IMG/VR virus record: IMGVR_UViG_3300031998_000007
Source: a virus
Lineage: Duplodnaviria > Heunggongvirae > Uroviricota > Caudoviricetes
Reading direction: 5' to 3' (one strand)
Length of the DNA stretch: 64,000 nt
Part shown: positions 38,444 to 47,665 of the stretch, piece by piece
Numbering within the stretch: position 1 is the first letter of the stretch
Layout of the letters: each line of letters starts with the position of its first letter
Translations under genes and position numbers: made by a program
Notes under the pieces: generated by a model
Told to the model about the DNA's origin: nothing
What the model saw: only the letters and a program-made list of their open reading frames with translations
Databases searched by the model: none

Positions 38444-40918
38444 TTAAATTGCTTCAAGCTCGCCAAGGCGAGAGTATGCGCCATTGTTCTTGACTTCGAG
38501 CTTGTAGTCGAAAAGGTCGCGAACAACGCCGCCACGGTGGGTGATAACAAAGGCGCAACCGATGTCGGGCACCATGCCGCGGATCATTTCAAGCATTTCG
38601 CGCATTGCGTTGTCATCAGTGGACTGGTCGATGACTTCGTCGAAACTGATGAAGTTCAGCTTGAAGTTGCCGAGCATGGCAGCGAAGTCGCGGAACGCCA
38701 TGGCGATTGCGAAACCGACCTTGCGCTGCTGGCCCTGGGACAACTGCTTGTAGGTCGGGGCGATGCCCGGTCCGGCTTCGTATGTATAGTCCATCTTGCC
38801 GTCAAACTTAATCGTGACCGGAAGGTTGGTGCGAAGGAGGTTGTGGGCAACCGCCTTGTTGAAGCTCGGGATGAACACGTCAAACACCATCTTCTTCATG
38901 CCGTCATCGGCGCAGAGTTCAGTAATCGCATTGCAGATTGCCTTCGTGTCGCTCGTTTCGTTCATGCGTTCACGGGCGGCATCGCGGTCACGCTTCGCAT
39001 TGGCAAGGCTACGTTCCGTCGTCCCGACAGCGTCGCTTGCGTCGGCGCTTTCCATTTCGGCAATCTTCTTCGCAATGTCGGAGTTGCGCTCCGCAATCTG
39101 CGTGTTGCGGGAAAGAACCGTATTGCTGTTGGAACGGATTTCGGAAATCTTGGAACGGATTTCAGTGATTTCGCCTTTAAGTTCAGAAATCTTCACGCTG
39201 TTGGCGGAAATTGCCGCACGGATCTGCGCGATGCCATCGGCGTTCTTGTGGATTTCTTCGCGGATTGCATTGTTGTTGGCAAATGCGTTGGAAATGGAGG
39301 CAAGTTCACCTTCCACGGCGCTGACTTCGATACCCATGTTGGCAATCGTCTTGATACAGCCGTCATAGTTTTCCTTGGCGTTCTTTACCGCAGCCCTTGT
39401 CGGGAACAACGTAGTGTTTTCATAGGCGCCAATTTCGGTAATCTTGAACCCGATTTCAGTCAGACGGTGGTCAATCTGGACACGGCGGGCGTCGATGTCG
39501 GCGATTTCGGCATTGCCGTTGGCAATTTCGCCCATCTTGGCCTTCTTATCGACGATGAAACCACGACACTTTTCGCGGAGAGCGTCAAGCTGTCTGTTGA
39601 GCTCGGCCTTGGTATGTTCCACATCGTCCTCGGTGGACGGCTTGCCACACAACGGGCACGGAACACCGGGCTTCACTGCTTCCGCCTTGGCCTTCAACTC
39701 GTTGGCTTGCCTGGTAAATTCATTGATGTTGGTGTCAATGAAGGAGATTTCGGTCGTCAGCTTGGTATTCCGGTTGCCGATTTCGTTGCGGCGATTGGTG
39801 TCAGCCTGCTTTTTGCGTTCAAGTTCAGTCTGCTCGGCAACGAGCGCATCCTTGCCGAGACCGGCATATTCGGCATCGACCGTGGCAAGGCGTTCCTTGG
39901 CGGAATTATAGGCGATTTCAAAGTTGGACTTCATCGCAACGGCGTTCTTTCCGGCTTCAAGGACACGAATTCGGTTGTTCAGGTCGGTTTCGGACACGAT
40001 TTTCGCGTTCAGTTCCTTATTTTTAGCGTCAATCGCATCAATTTCGACCTGTTTTGATCCATTTTCGGCAGTTATTCCGTCAATCGACGACTGGATGGTT
40101 TCAATCCTGCGTTCATGTTCGGCAATCGGAGCCAAAATCGTGTTGGCCTCGGCCTTGTTGGCTTCAATCTGGGCATTGTTTCGCTCGATTTCGGCCTTCA
40201 TGTCGGCAATGTTGCCCTTCTTTTCTTCCTTCATCTGGACAAGTATCTGGTCCAGGTTGGCAATGGACTCGTTAAGGCGCTTGTATTCGTTGGATGCCAC
40301 GTCAAACGCGATGGTGGCCTCGTTGAGACGCTTGTTGTTGGCCTTCTTCCACGGGCCGAGCTGCATCATGATGAGGCTTTCGGTGATGTCACGGCGTTTC
40401 TGTGCCGGAAGGGACATGAACGGCTGAGCTTCCTGTGTATTGAAGGCGATGCTGCTCTTGAAAAGCGTCTCGTTGAACCCGAGGTAGTTCTCCTCGAAGT
40501 CGTCCTGGGAGAACCCGGCACGCTTGTTCTGCACAATCCACTTCCCGTCCTCGAGGAGGAAAAGGTCAAACTTGCTCTTGACAGTCTTTTCGCCCTTGGC
40601 ATTCGTATCGCCGGCCTTCATCGTCCTGAGAACGCGGCAATCCTGCCATTCATCGGTGCCCGGCTTGCAAATGGCAAATTCAAGCTCCACGCTGAGTTCG
40701 GCACCCGGGTTCATCGTGTTGATGAGGTCCGGCTTGTTGCCGCCACGATAGGAATTGCCGTAGAGCGCGAAGTTGAGGGCCTCGACGATCGTGGATTTTC
40801 CGAAACCGTTGGATCCGTAGCACATAACCAGGCCGTCCTTGAACTCGAACGTGTTCGTGGTGTTCCCGTAGGACATGAAATTTCTGAATGTGAGCTTCTT
40901 GAATTTGATTTGGGACAT
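38444..40918 (-). CDS. gp46: Recombination endonuclease ATPase subunit, T4 gp46/Rad50/SbcC-like
   Basis: NFMSYG, GSNGFGKST, coiled coil with CPLCG zinc hook, LSQGQ, FDEVID, ITH. Confidence 0.95.
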   Translation of the reverse strand: MSQIKFKKLTFRNFMSYGNTTNTFEFKDGLVMCYGSNGFGKSTIVEALNFALYGNSYRGGNKPDLINTMNPGAELSVELEFAICKPGTDEWQDCRVLRTMKAGDTNAKGEKTVKSKFDLFLLEDGKWIVQNKRAGFSQDDFEENYLGFNETLFKSSIAFNTQEAQPFMSLPAQKRRDITESLIMMQLGPWKKANNKRLNEATIAFDVASNEYKRLNESIANLDQILVQMKEEKKGNIADMKAEIERNNAQIEANKAEANTILAPIAEHERRIETIQSSIDGITAENGSKQVEIDAIDAKNKELNAKIVSETDLNNRIRVLEAGKNAVAMKSNFEIAYNSAKERLATVDAEYAGLGKDALVAEQTELERKKQADTNRRNEIGNRNTKLTTEISFIDTNINEFTRQANELKAKAEAVKPGVPCPLCGKPSTEDDVEHTKAELNRQLDALREKCRGFIVDKKAKMGEIANGNAEIADIDARRVQIDHRLTEIGFKITEIGAYENTTLFPTRAAVKNAKENYDGCIKTIANMGIEVSAVEGELASISNAFANNNAIREEIHKNADGIAQIRAAISANSVKISELKGEITEIRSKISEIRSNSNTVLSRNTQIAERNSDIAKKIAEMESADASDAVGTTERSLANAKRDRDAARERMNETSDTKAICNAITELCADDGMKKMVFDVFIPSFNKAVAHNLLRTNLPVTIKFDGKMDYTYEAGPGIAPTYKQLSQGQQRKVGFAIAMAFRDFAAMLGNFKLNFISFDEVIDQSTDDNAMREMLEMIRGMVPDIGCAFVITHRGGVVRDLFDYKLEVKNNGAYSRLGELEAI

Positions 40919-40931
40919 ATTTAACCTATAT

Positions 40932-40960
40932 AAAAAGTGCGCAGCACATTGCTACGCACT
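40932..40960 (-). terminator. Terminator hairpin overlapping the gp46 promoter region
   Basis: AGTGCG.AGCA/TGCT.CGCACT stem with a minus-strand T tract. Confidence 0.6.
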
Positions 40961-40961
40961 A

Positions 40962-40973
40962 AAATATAGCAAA
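40962..40973 (-). promoter_or_regulatory. Putative early/host-type extended -10 promoter TTTGCTATATTT
   Basis: Identical 12-mer also at 47637, 51040, 52773 and 56732, each upstream of a replication gene. Confidence 0.75.
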
Positions 40974-40987
40974 TTTCCCGGAGGATG

Positions 40988-42610
40988 CTATTTCTTGCTC
41001 TTCTTCGGTGCCGGCGCGGCCGGGGCTTCGACGACAGGGGCAGGCGTCTCGGGAACCACCGGGTCGATGACTACCGTCACCGGTGCCTTTTCCTCGTGGG
41101 TTTCCTCGATTGCCGCGATGGCTTCCGCACTCGGCATATCGTCGTCCGCACCGAGCGCGTCAAGGGCCTTGTCGAGGGCTCCCTGCTCGCCGCTGGAAAG
41201 GATGTCCATGGGGAGGTCGTCTTCGGCGGCCTTCTTCTGGACCTGCTTGCCGGCCTTCTTCGCGGCACGGTTCTCGCGGGACTTCTTCTGCGCGGCAGCA
41301 CGCTTCGCGTTGACTTCTGCAAACCGGGCGTCGTTCTGCTCGATTTCCTTTGCGGACATGGCCTTTTCCTCGGCTTCCTCAAAGGCACCGACTGCCTTGG
41401 CGATGACATCGTCCGTGATGACGCCGGTCCTGATGTCAAGGACCTTCAACGCAGCGGCCATGCGGTCGAGGGTCACTTCGGCGATGCCCGTAATCTTGGA
41501 GATTTCCTTGACAGAGCGCCCGTCGTCAATCAGTTCCTGCACCTGGCGATACACCGGGGAGCTGTCGACGATGGTCTGGCGTTCCCTGTCGAAGGCGGAG
41601 AGGAGGATGTCCTGGTTGAACTCGATGCCGCGGGCGTTCAGGTATTCGACCACGTCCTCGTAGTAGTTGCCTTCGAGGATGAGCTGGTCGAGCTTTGCGC
41701 GGGTGATCGGGAGACCCGGCAGGTTCACGTCGAACAGCGTGTCGGTGCGGGCGGGGCCGTTCTTCACAGCGTCGGCTGCCTCGTCGAAGTCAGCCGGCTT
41801 CGTGAAGAGCGTTTCGGACTCTTCCACCACCGGTGCGCCGAGAAGGAACTTGCGGAGGTTCTGCATGGAGAGGTCGAGCTGGGTATAGCCGACCGGGCGT
41901 TCCTCACCAACCGCATAGTTCATTTCCTTGTCGGAAAGCACCGCGTATTTGTAAATACGCATCGCGTAGTTGAGGGAGTTGAAACCGTTTGCGTTGACCG
42001 CGTCGAGCGCCTGCTTCGTGAGACGGGCTCCGTTGCCGTCAACCCATTCAGCGCAAGTAGGCTGGATAGGACCGGCAAGGGGCTGCATGCCCATGCGATC
42101 ATAAAGGAAGAAGGTTTCGCCACCGAACAGTGTCTTGCCGCTCGGGGCGACCTTGCCCTGCGGGTTCGGACGCGTGTGGGTAAAGCAGTCGATGACGGAT
42201 CCTACGCGGTTCGGCATCGGATTCTTGGCGCCCATATAGACGAAATAGCCGGTGATTGCCCTGCTACGGGTTCTCATACCGGCTATCTGGATATAGTCCT
42301 TGAGCGAACGCACCTGGTGGAAGTCAATCCACACGTATTCGTTGTCCATGAGGCAGATGCACCATTCCGGGCTCTTGCGCTTGGAAAGGTGGTCGGCCAC
42401 AATGTCACGGCGCTTGGTCCAACCGCCCTCTATGCGAGGCATGAGGCGCACCTTGTCGCCATAACGTTCGCAAATGCCATCAATCCAGGGACGGTTCCCC
42501 GAATCATAGACATAGACACAGTCAAAACCGAGGGCCAGGTGGAAATCCAGCCACTCGGTAAGTTCTAACGGGCGTTCACCCGATACGTGGAGAAGACAGT
42601 TAAGGTACAT
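40988..42610 (-). CDS. GT92/GT2-like glycosyltransferase domain fused to an HTH and a low-complexity tail
   Basis: LTEWLDFHLALGFDCVYVYDSG; WCICLMDNEY; HTH GRSVKEISKITGIAEVTLDRM; K/A- and E/P-rich C-terminus. Confidence 0.7.
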   Translation of the reverse strand: MYLNCLLHVSGERPLELTEWLDFHLALGFDCVYVYDSGNRPWIDGICERYGDKVRLMPRIEGGWTKRRDIVADHLSKRKSPEWCICLMDNEYVWIDFHQVRSLKDYIQIAGMRTRSRAITGYFVYMGAKNPMPNRVGSVIDCFTHTRPNPQGKVAPSGKTLFGGETFFLYDRMGMQPLAGPIQPTCAEWVDGNGARLTKQALDAVNANGFNSLNYAMRIYKYAVLSDKEMNYAVGEERPVGYTQLDLSMQNLRKFLLGAPVVEESETLFTKPADFDEAADAVKNGPARTDTLFDVNLPGLPITRAKLDQLILEGNYYEDVVEYLNARGIEFNQDILLSAFDRERQTIVDSSPVYRQVQELIDDGRSVKEISKITGIAEVTLDRMAAALKVLDIRTGVITDDVIAKAVGAFEEAEEKAMSAKEIEQNDARFAEVNAKRAAAQKKSRENRAAKKAGKQVQKKAAEDDLPMDILSSGEQGALDKALDALGADDDMPSAEAIAAIEETHEEKAPVTVVIDPVVPETPAPVVEAPAAPAPKKSKK

Positions 42611-42633
42611 ATCGTCAACCTTTCTTTTCCACG

Positions 42634-42646
42634 AAAACTAGGTTTT
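42634..42646 (-). promoter_or_regulatory. Putative promoter/operator motif AAAACCTAGTTTT
   Basis: Recurs at 9051, 16121, 54346, 55129 and as a variant at 25002, each just upstream of a minus-strand start. Confidence 0.6.
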
Positions 42647-42648
42647 GG

Positions 42649-44025
42649 CTAGAAGGACACACCCGGGCCCGAGAACATGTCGATGTTGTCGAAGTCCACG
42701 AGCTCCTGTTCGCTGACCTTGTCGCCCAGGGTCGGCGCCTCCTTGCGGTAGACATCGGCCTTGAAGATGGACGGATCGCGGTCAACGTCGGCCTTGTTGT
42801 TCAGCAAGTAGAACCCGAAGGAACGCAACTGCTTCACCGTGCTCGCCCTGGCGGAGGAAATCCCGGTCATCTCGATGGGACGCTCGTCGGGGACTTCCGG
42901 TTCCGGGGCAGAAATCGCCTCGGTGATGTTGTCCTTGACATCCTGTGGGACCATGCTGAGGTCAATCAGGGTCCTGTTGCGCATATACTGGTCCGCCCAG
43001 CCGTTCTCCTTGGCCACGTCGTAAACCGCGGCGCAGTTTTCGAGCAGCTTGATTGCGGTCGGCTCGCCCAGCTGGTTCGCCTTGCCGGGCTTGAACTTGC
43101 CGGTCTTCTCGTCAACGAACGCCATGCCGGAAATGTTATCGGACGTATCGCCCGAGAGCACCTTCGCGTCGAGGTATGCCTTCGGGTACTTGCATACGGT
43201 AAACGTTTCCGACACATGGTTGAAGATTTTGAGGTTCGGGAGGTCAATCTGGCTCAAGTCGGAATCGCGGGTGATGATGATTACGTCATCGCAATGCGGC
43301 GCATACTTCATGGCGGAGGCATAGACAATGTCGTCACCTTCCGCGCAATCCACGCCGATTGCCCGCGCACGGAACACCGGGGCGATTTCCTTCGCGAACT
43401 CGTCCTTGTAAGACATCCAGTAGGACTTCTCCACGAAGAACGGCCAGTCCTTGCTCTTGCGCTGTCCCTTGTATGCCGGGAGAATGGGCTTGCCGGAATC
43501 CGTGGTGATGCCCCACAGCATCTCCTGCTTCTCCTTCGGGAGCTTGCCGAGCTTGCGGTGCGCGGTAATCTTCGTCGGATCCTGCAAGAACTCGCGGTCC
43601 TTCGCCTTGATGGGTGTCACCTCGAAATTCTGGCCACCGTCCTCGTCCGTGGACAGGAGCCTTACCGCGTATGCGTAGTTGTCCGCGCACACGTAATAGT
43701 ATTTCTTGTCCACATAGACGTCGGCATGCTCGGCGTAATAGTCCTTGACGAACTGCTTGCGCCACGCATGCTTGCCTTCGAGGGCGAAGATGAGCTGACG
43801 CGGGTTGAACAGCGCGATATAGTCAAGGACGCGCTGGAACATCATGTTACGCCACCTGAGAAGTTCGTCGTCCGCACCCATAAGTCCGAGGGTCTTCTTG
43901 GCAGCGGGTGTCTTCATCGAGAACATCAGGTGGTACGACAGGGAAGCCCAGTCGATAATGACCAGGCGGTTCCCCACATACGGGTACGACGTCACCCTCG
44001 GCTCTGTCAAATACCCGGGCTGCAT
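42649..44025 (-). CDS. rnh: T4 RNase H-like 5'-3' exonuclease
   Basis: IIDWAS, EGKHAWR..YKGQRK, EGDDIV, ITRDSDLSQ, GDTSDNI, RNRTLIDL. Confidence 0.9.
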   Translation of the reverse strand: MQPGYLTEPRVTSYPYVGNRLVIIDWASLSYHLMFSMKTPAAKKTLGLMGADDELLRWRNMMFQRVLDYIALFNPRQLIFALEGKHAWRKQFVKDYYAEHADVYVDKKYYYVCADNYAYAVRLLSTDEDGGQNFEVTPIKAKDREFLQDPTKITAHRKLGKLPKEKQEMLWGITTDSGKPILPAYKGQRKSKDWPFFVEKSYWMSYKDEFAKEIAPVFRARAIGVDCAEGDDIVYASAMKYAPHCDDVIIITRDSDLSQIDLPNLKIFNHVSETFTVCKYPKAYLDAKVLSGDTSDNISGMAFVDEKTGKFKPGKANQLGEPTAIKLLENCAAVYDVAKENGWADQYMRNRTLIDLSMVPQDVKDNITEAISAPEPEVPDERPIEMTGISSARASTVKQLRSFGFYLLNNKADVDRDPSIFKADVYRKEAPTLGDKVSEQELVDFDNIDMFSGPGVSF

Positions 44026-44459
44026 TACTTGATCCCCGTGCTGCCGAAACCACCGCGGTCAGTGCCTTCGAGACGGCATTCTTCAAAGACGAGCTTCGGC
44101 TGGTTTTCCATGATACGGAACTGGGCGATGCGGGCACCCTTTTCGATGGTCACGTCGCGGGTTGCGTAGGCCGGGAAAATCCACCAGTCGTTCGGGCCGC
44201 AGTAGCTGCAGTCGATGAGACCCATGGAGTTAGCCTGGAGCACGCCGTAGTTCTTGAAAGTGGAGCTGCGCGGGATGACATGGGCTTCGAACCCTTCCGG
44301 GAGCTTCATTGCGACACCGAGCGGAATCTTCGCGAGTTCGCCGGCCTTAATCGTAACGGTTTCTGCCGCGGCGAGGTCAATCCAATCGGACTTCCCATCG
44401 ACATATTCGAGACGCTTGATGCTGTCATTGAGATACTGAATTTTAATCTGCTTAGTCAT
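44025..44459 (-). CDS. dut: Trimeric dUTPase
   Basis: [30 protein letters not shown]. Confidence 0.95.
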   Translation of the reverse strand: MTKQIKIQYLNDSIKRLEYVDGKSDWIDLAAAETVTIKAGELAKIPLGVAMKLPEGFEAHVIPRSSTFKNYGVLQANSMGLIDCSYCGPNDWWIFPAYATRDVTIEKGARIAQFRIMENQPKLVFEECRLEGTDRGGFGSTGIK

Positions 44460-44460
44460 C

Positions 44461-46284
44461 TTAGACTACTCCTTGTTGTTGGAATGGATTTAGGAAAAAT
44501 TTCTTCTTGTACACGCTGCCGGATGCCTGCTGCTTGCCCTTCGCCGCTTCCTTCTTCGCCTTGGCAGCCTTCGCTGCCTCGATGGCCTTCAAGATGCGCT
44601 CCATGACATCCTCCTCGGTGATGTTCACGCAGTAAACGCCTTCGAGGTCGATACGGTTCACCGGGATCTTGTCGGCATCGTAGTAGGACTTGCGGAACTT
44701 GGCGAACTGACGCAGAAGTCCGTTCATCTGGAGCTGCGCAGGTTTCCCGCGCCACGGACGGCCCATGTAGGATGCGTCGTCAATCAGGTCGAACACCCTC
44801 GCAAGCGGCTTGGCCGGATGCTTGCGGACAATACGGCCGATGGACTGCACCACCATGTAGGGGCTCTTTGCAGGATCCGCCATGATGAGGTTATGAAGCA
44901 GCTTGATGTTCACGCCCTGCTGCATGCAGCCGTAGGTCGCGATGATGATGTTTCCCGTGCTCGCCTCGATGGACTTGCGAATTTCCTCGCGTTCGTCTGT
45001 CGGGACGTCGCCCTTGATTACGTAATACTTGAACTCCGGGTGGCGCTCCTTCAGGAAGCTCATCACCATTTCCAGATTGTCGATGTAGCGGAACAGGATA
45101 ACCGTGTTTTCCGCAGTCGTAATCTTCCCGGCACGGATAAGCATGTCGATGATGTCCTTGCGGGAGCTGTTCTCCGTGGCCATGTCGAACTCGGTATCGT
45201 AGTGCATGCTCTTAATCTTCGGGCGGAGCTTGGGCGGGTATGGGATGAACACCGCCTCCACCTGCACCGGGGTAAGGATGCCCTTCTCCACCAGTTCATG
45301 GAGATGGACAATCTCCTCCTTGCGCCCGAGACCGCTCTCGATATAACCGGCATCAAGGCCGTCGTCCGGGAGGGTTCCCGACACGCCAACCTTGAAGTTG
45401 TTGGCGTTCTCGCACAGGGACAGGATTTCGCGCAGCTTCTGACCTCGGGTGGAGTGGGCCTCGTCCACAATCACGGCATCGAACACCTCGAAAAAGGACG
45501 CTCGCTTGTTCTGCAACGTCTGCCAGGTTGAAATTGTAATCGGTTTCAACTTGGCCTCTTCGCCGAGGTTGAGCGCTTCCAGGCGTGCCTTCTCGGACTT
45601 CGTCAACTTGTCCGTCGACGTCGAGTGCAGCAACGTGCAATACAGGCCGGCATGGTCCCATCCGTAGTCATCATGGAAGTCGCTAAAAAGCTGTTCCACG
45701 AGGTTAGTGGACGGGACGATTATGAGAACACGGCGACGGTGCTCGCGTTCGAGCAGATACCGGGCAATAATCATCATAGAAAGCGACTTTCCCGCGCTGG
45801 TGCATGCCAGCAAGGAAATGCGCCTTCCGTTAATAGCACGGGTCGCAAGCCTAATCTGGTGGTCATACGGGACGAGCGGCTTGCCGGTCTTCGCGTTGTG
45901 GATATTCAGGGTACTCGCATAGGAACGGATGGCTTGCTCCGTCACCGGCCCATGCGGCGGTCTGAACATGTCGTCGATTTCCTTGGCGAGGCCAATCTTC
46001 ACGCCGACACCGAACTCGGTGCGCAGCAGCTTTGCCACACGCGGGATAAGGCCGACAGGAAGCATGCGCGTCTTGCGGTCGAAAAATTCGACCACACACT
46101 CGTGCTTGCTCATACCGAGCGACTTCGCCATGAAGCCCTTGCCCTCGTCATAGAACTGCATCGAGGTATAGACGTAGTTGTTGACCCTGTTCAGGTCCTG
46201 AACGGAACTGCCGTAATAATCGACGCGGCAGTTGAACGCGTCTGCTGGAACAAACATGACTGTCACCCTGGACGTCAGGCTCAT
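44461..46284 (-). CDS. uvsW: UvsW-like SF2 DNA helicase
   Basis: [41 protein letters not shown]. Confidence 0.92.
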   Translation of the reverse strand: MSLTSRVTVMFVPADAFNCRVDYYGSSVQDLNRVNNYVYTSMQFYDEGKGFMAKSLGMSKHECVVEFFDRKTRMLPVGLIPRVAKLLRTEFGVGVKIGLAKEIDDMFRPPHGPVTEQAIRSYASTLNIHNAKTGKPLVPYDHQIRLATRAINGRRISLLACTSAGKSLSMMIIARYLLEREHRRRVLIIVPSTNLVEQLFSDFHDDYGWDHAGLYCTLLHSTSTDKLTKSEKARLEALNLGEEAKLKPITISTWQTLQNKRASFFEVFDAVIVDEAHSTRGQKLREILSLCENANNFKVGVSGTLPDDGLDAGYIESGLGRKEEIVHLHELVEKGILTPVQVEAVFIPYPPKLRPKIKSMHYDTEFDMATENSSRKDIIDMLIRAGKITTAENTVILFRYIDNLEMVMSFLKERHPEFKYYVIKGDVPTDEREEIRKSIEASTGNIIIATYGCMQQGVNIKLLHNLIMADPAKSPYMVVQSIGRIVRKHPAKPLARVFDLIDDASYMGRPWRGKPAQLQMNGLLRQFAKFRKSYYDADKIPVNRIDLEGVYCVNITEEDVMERILKAIEAAKAAKAKKEAAKGKQQASGSVYKKKFFLNPFQQQGVV

Positions 46285-46757
46285 TCAAGGACCCCCATAT
46301 CGGAGCAGAGTTCACGGATCGTCTTTTCGACCGTCTCGTCGTTTCCAGCGTCGAACACGGACTTGCGCACGAGATAGAACATCTTGCCGGCATCTGTATT
46401 CAATCCGACGAGGACCGCCTTGTAGCGGTGGCCGACAGCCAGCTTGTTGTCGGTGTCGTTGTAGATGTTCAGCGGCATGGCCGTCTTGGCCTGCTTCGCA
46501 TAGAGCACCAGGAGGTCGGCCACACATCGGTTCACACAGGATTTTCCGGCCTCCTGGATTAAAGTTGTCAGAACTTCAGGCGGAAGCGTCTCGCCTTCGC
46601 CACCGGCGAGCTCGGCCTCAATAGTGATTTCATACTGCGGCTTGCCGTCGGCAATATACGGACGCGGAGTTACCGACACCACGGCATCGGGCTTCGAGAT
46701 ACCCTTCCTGGCATTGCGGACTCCATACACCTCGATGAAATGGGAAGACCTGTTCAT
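46281..46757 (-). CDS. Hypothetical protein (158 aa)
   Basis: GGAGG RBS; ATGA overlap with uvsW. Confidence 0.7.
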   Translation of the reverse strand: MNRSSHFIEVYGVRNARKGISKPDAVVSVTPRPYIADGKPQYEITIEAELAGGEGETLPPEVLTTLIQEAGKSCVNRCVADLLVLYAKQAKTAMPLNIYNDTDNKLAVGHRYKAVLVGLNTDAGKMFYLVRKSVFDAGNDETVEKTIRELCSDMGVLE

Positions 46758-46765
46758 GCGGCCTC

Positions 46766-47611
46766 CTAGCGAACCATGTCAATATTTGCAATCGTAGCAG
46801 CTTCGGACTCGACCGTTCCGATATACACCATAATCGGCTGTCCGCCGGCACCCGGGATTGACGCATAGGAACATAGTGCCATCTGGCCACCGTTCGCGCC
46901 CGGGGCGTAGCGAAGTTCTACCGTATAGTCCATGCCCATCGAGTCCATAATCTTGAACATCTCGATCGGGAACATGCGGAGAACCGAGTTGGCGTAGGCC
47001 TGCTTGATGATTTCTGTATCGACTGTAATGTTCGGGTACGTGTAGTCGAGGTCAACCTGCTGGCCGACCGTGCCGCGGAGGGTCACTGTAATCTTGTTCT
47101 CGTAGCAGGTAATGGTCACGTTGTCGCAACCCGGAGCCAGCTTGCGGCTCCTGAACAAATCCTTGATTGCGTCCTGCGTAAGGCTCAACTTGCCGGCGAG
47201 CGCGAGCGGGTTTTCTTCCGGCATCGCCGGGATGTCCTTGCTGTCTTCGGTAAAGAAGGCCAGGTCCACCATGCGGCAGCGAAGCGTCTTCTTGTTGCCG
47301 ATGAACTTCACGAAGTCGTATGCGTGGCCGGACATGGAAATTTCGCGCACTAGGCTGATTTCGCCACCCTTCGGGTAGCCGATTGCGGTGACATAGTCAT
47401 TGAACTCGCGCAGCGAGGAAAGGCCAATCATCTCGCCTTCATAGTTGAAGTCATCGGGCGATGCCGCGATGTGGAAAAGCAGGCCGTTCTTTGAATAGGA
47501 CAAACGGGAAAACCCGTCTTCCTTGAACAGAAGGACCGGTGTCTGCGGCAAGGCCTTGACAACCTTCTGCAAGACCGCATAAAATTGTTCCGAAAATGTC
47601 AATGATGCCAT
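46766..47611 (-). CDS. gp45: Sliding clamp, T4 gp45-like
   Basis: LTFSEQFYAVLQKV..IGLSSLREF pattern parallels the gp45 N-terminus; size and replication context fit; start moved to MASL. Confidence 0.6.
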   Translation of the reverse strand: MASLTFSEQFYAVLQKVVKALPQTPVLLFKEDGFSRLSYSKNGLLFHIAASPDDFNYEGEMIGLSSLREFNDYVTAIGYPKGGEISLVREISMSGHAYDFVKFIGNKKTLRCRMVDLAFFTEDSKDIPAMPEENPLALAGKLSLTQDAIKDLFRSRKLAPGCDNVTITCYENKITVTLRGTVGQQVDLDYTYPNITVDTEIIKQAYANSVLRMFPIEMFKIMDSMGMDYTVELRYAPGANGGQMALCSYASIPGAGGQPIMVYIGTVESEAATIANIDMVR

Positions 47612-47665
47612 GGTTCGTCTCGTTTCAATTTTTATGAAATATAGCAAAAAATACAGTTAAGGTCA

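Noticed and set aside
44025-44459. Host assignment from dUTPase, GT style and GC content
   Set aside because: Only suggestive of a gut or rumen anaerobe; cannot be supported without database searches or spacer matches
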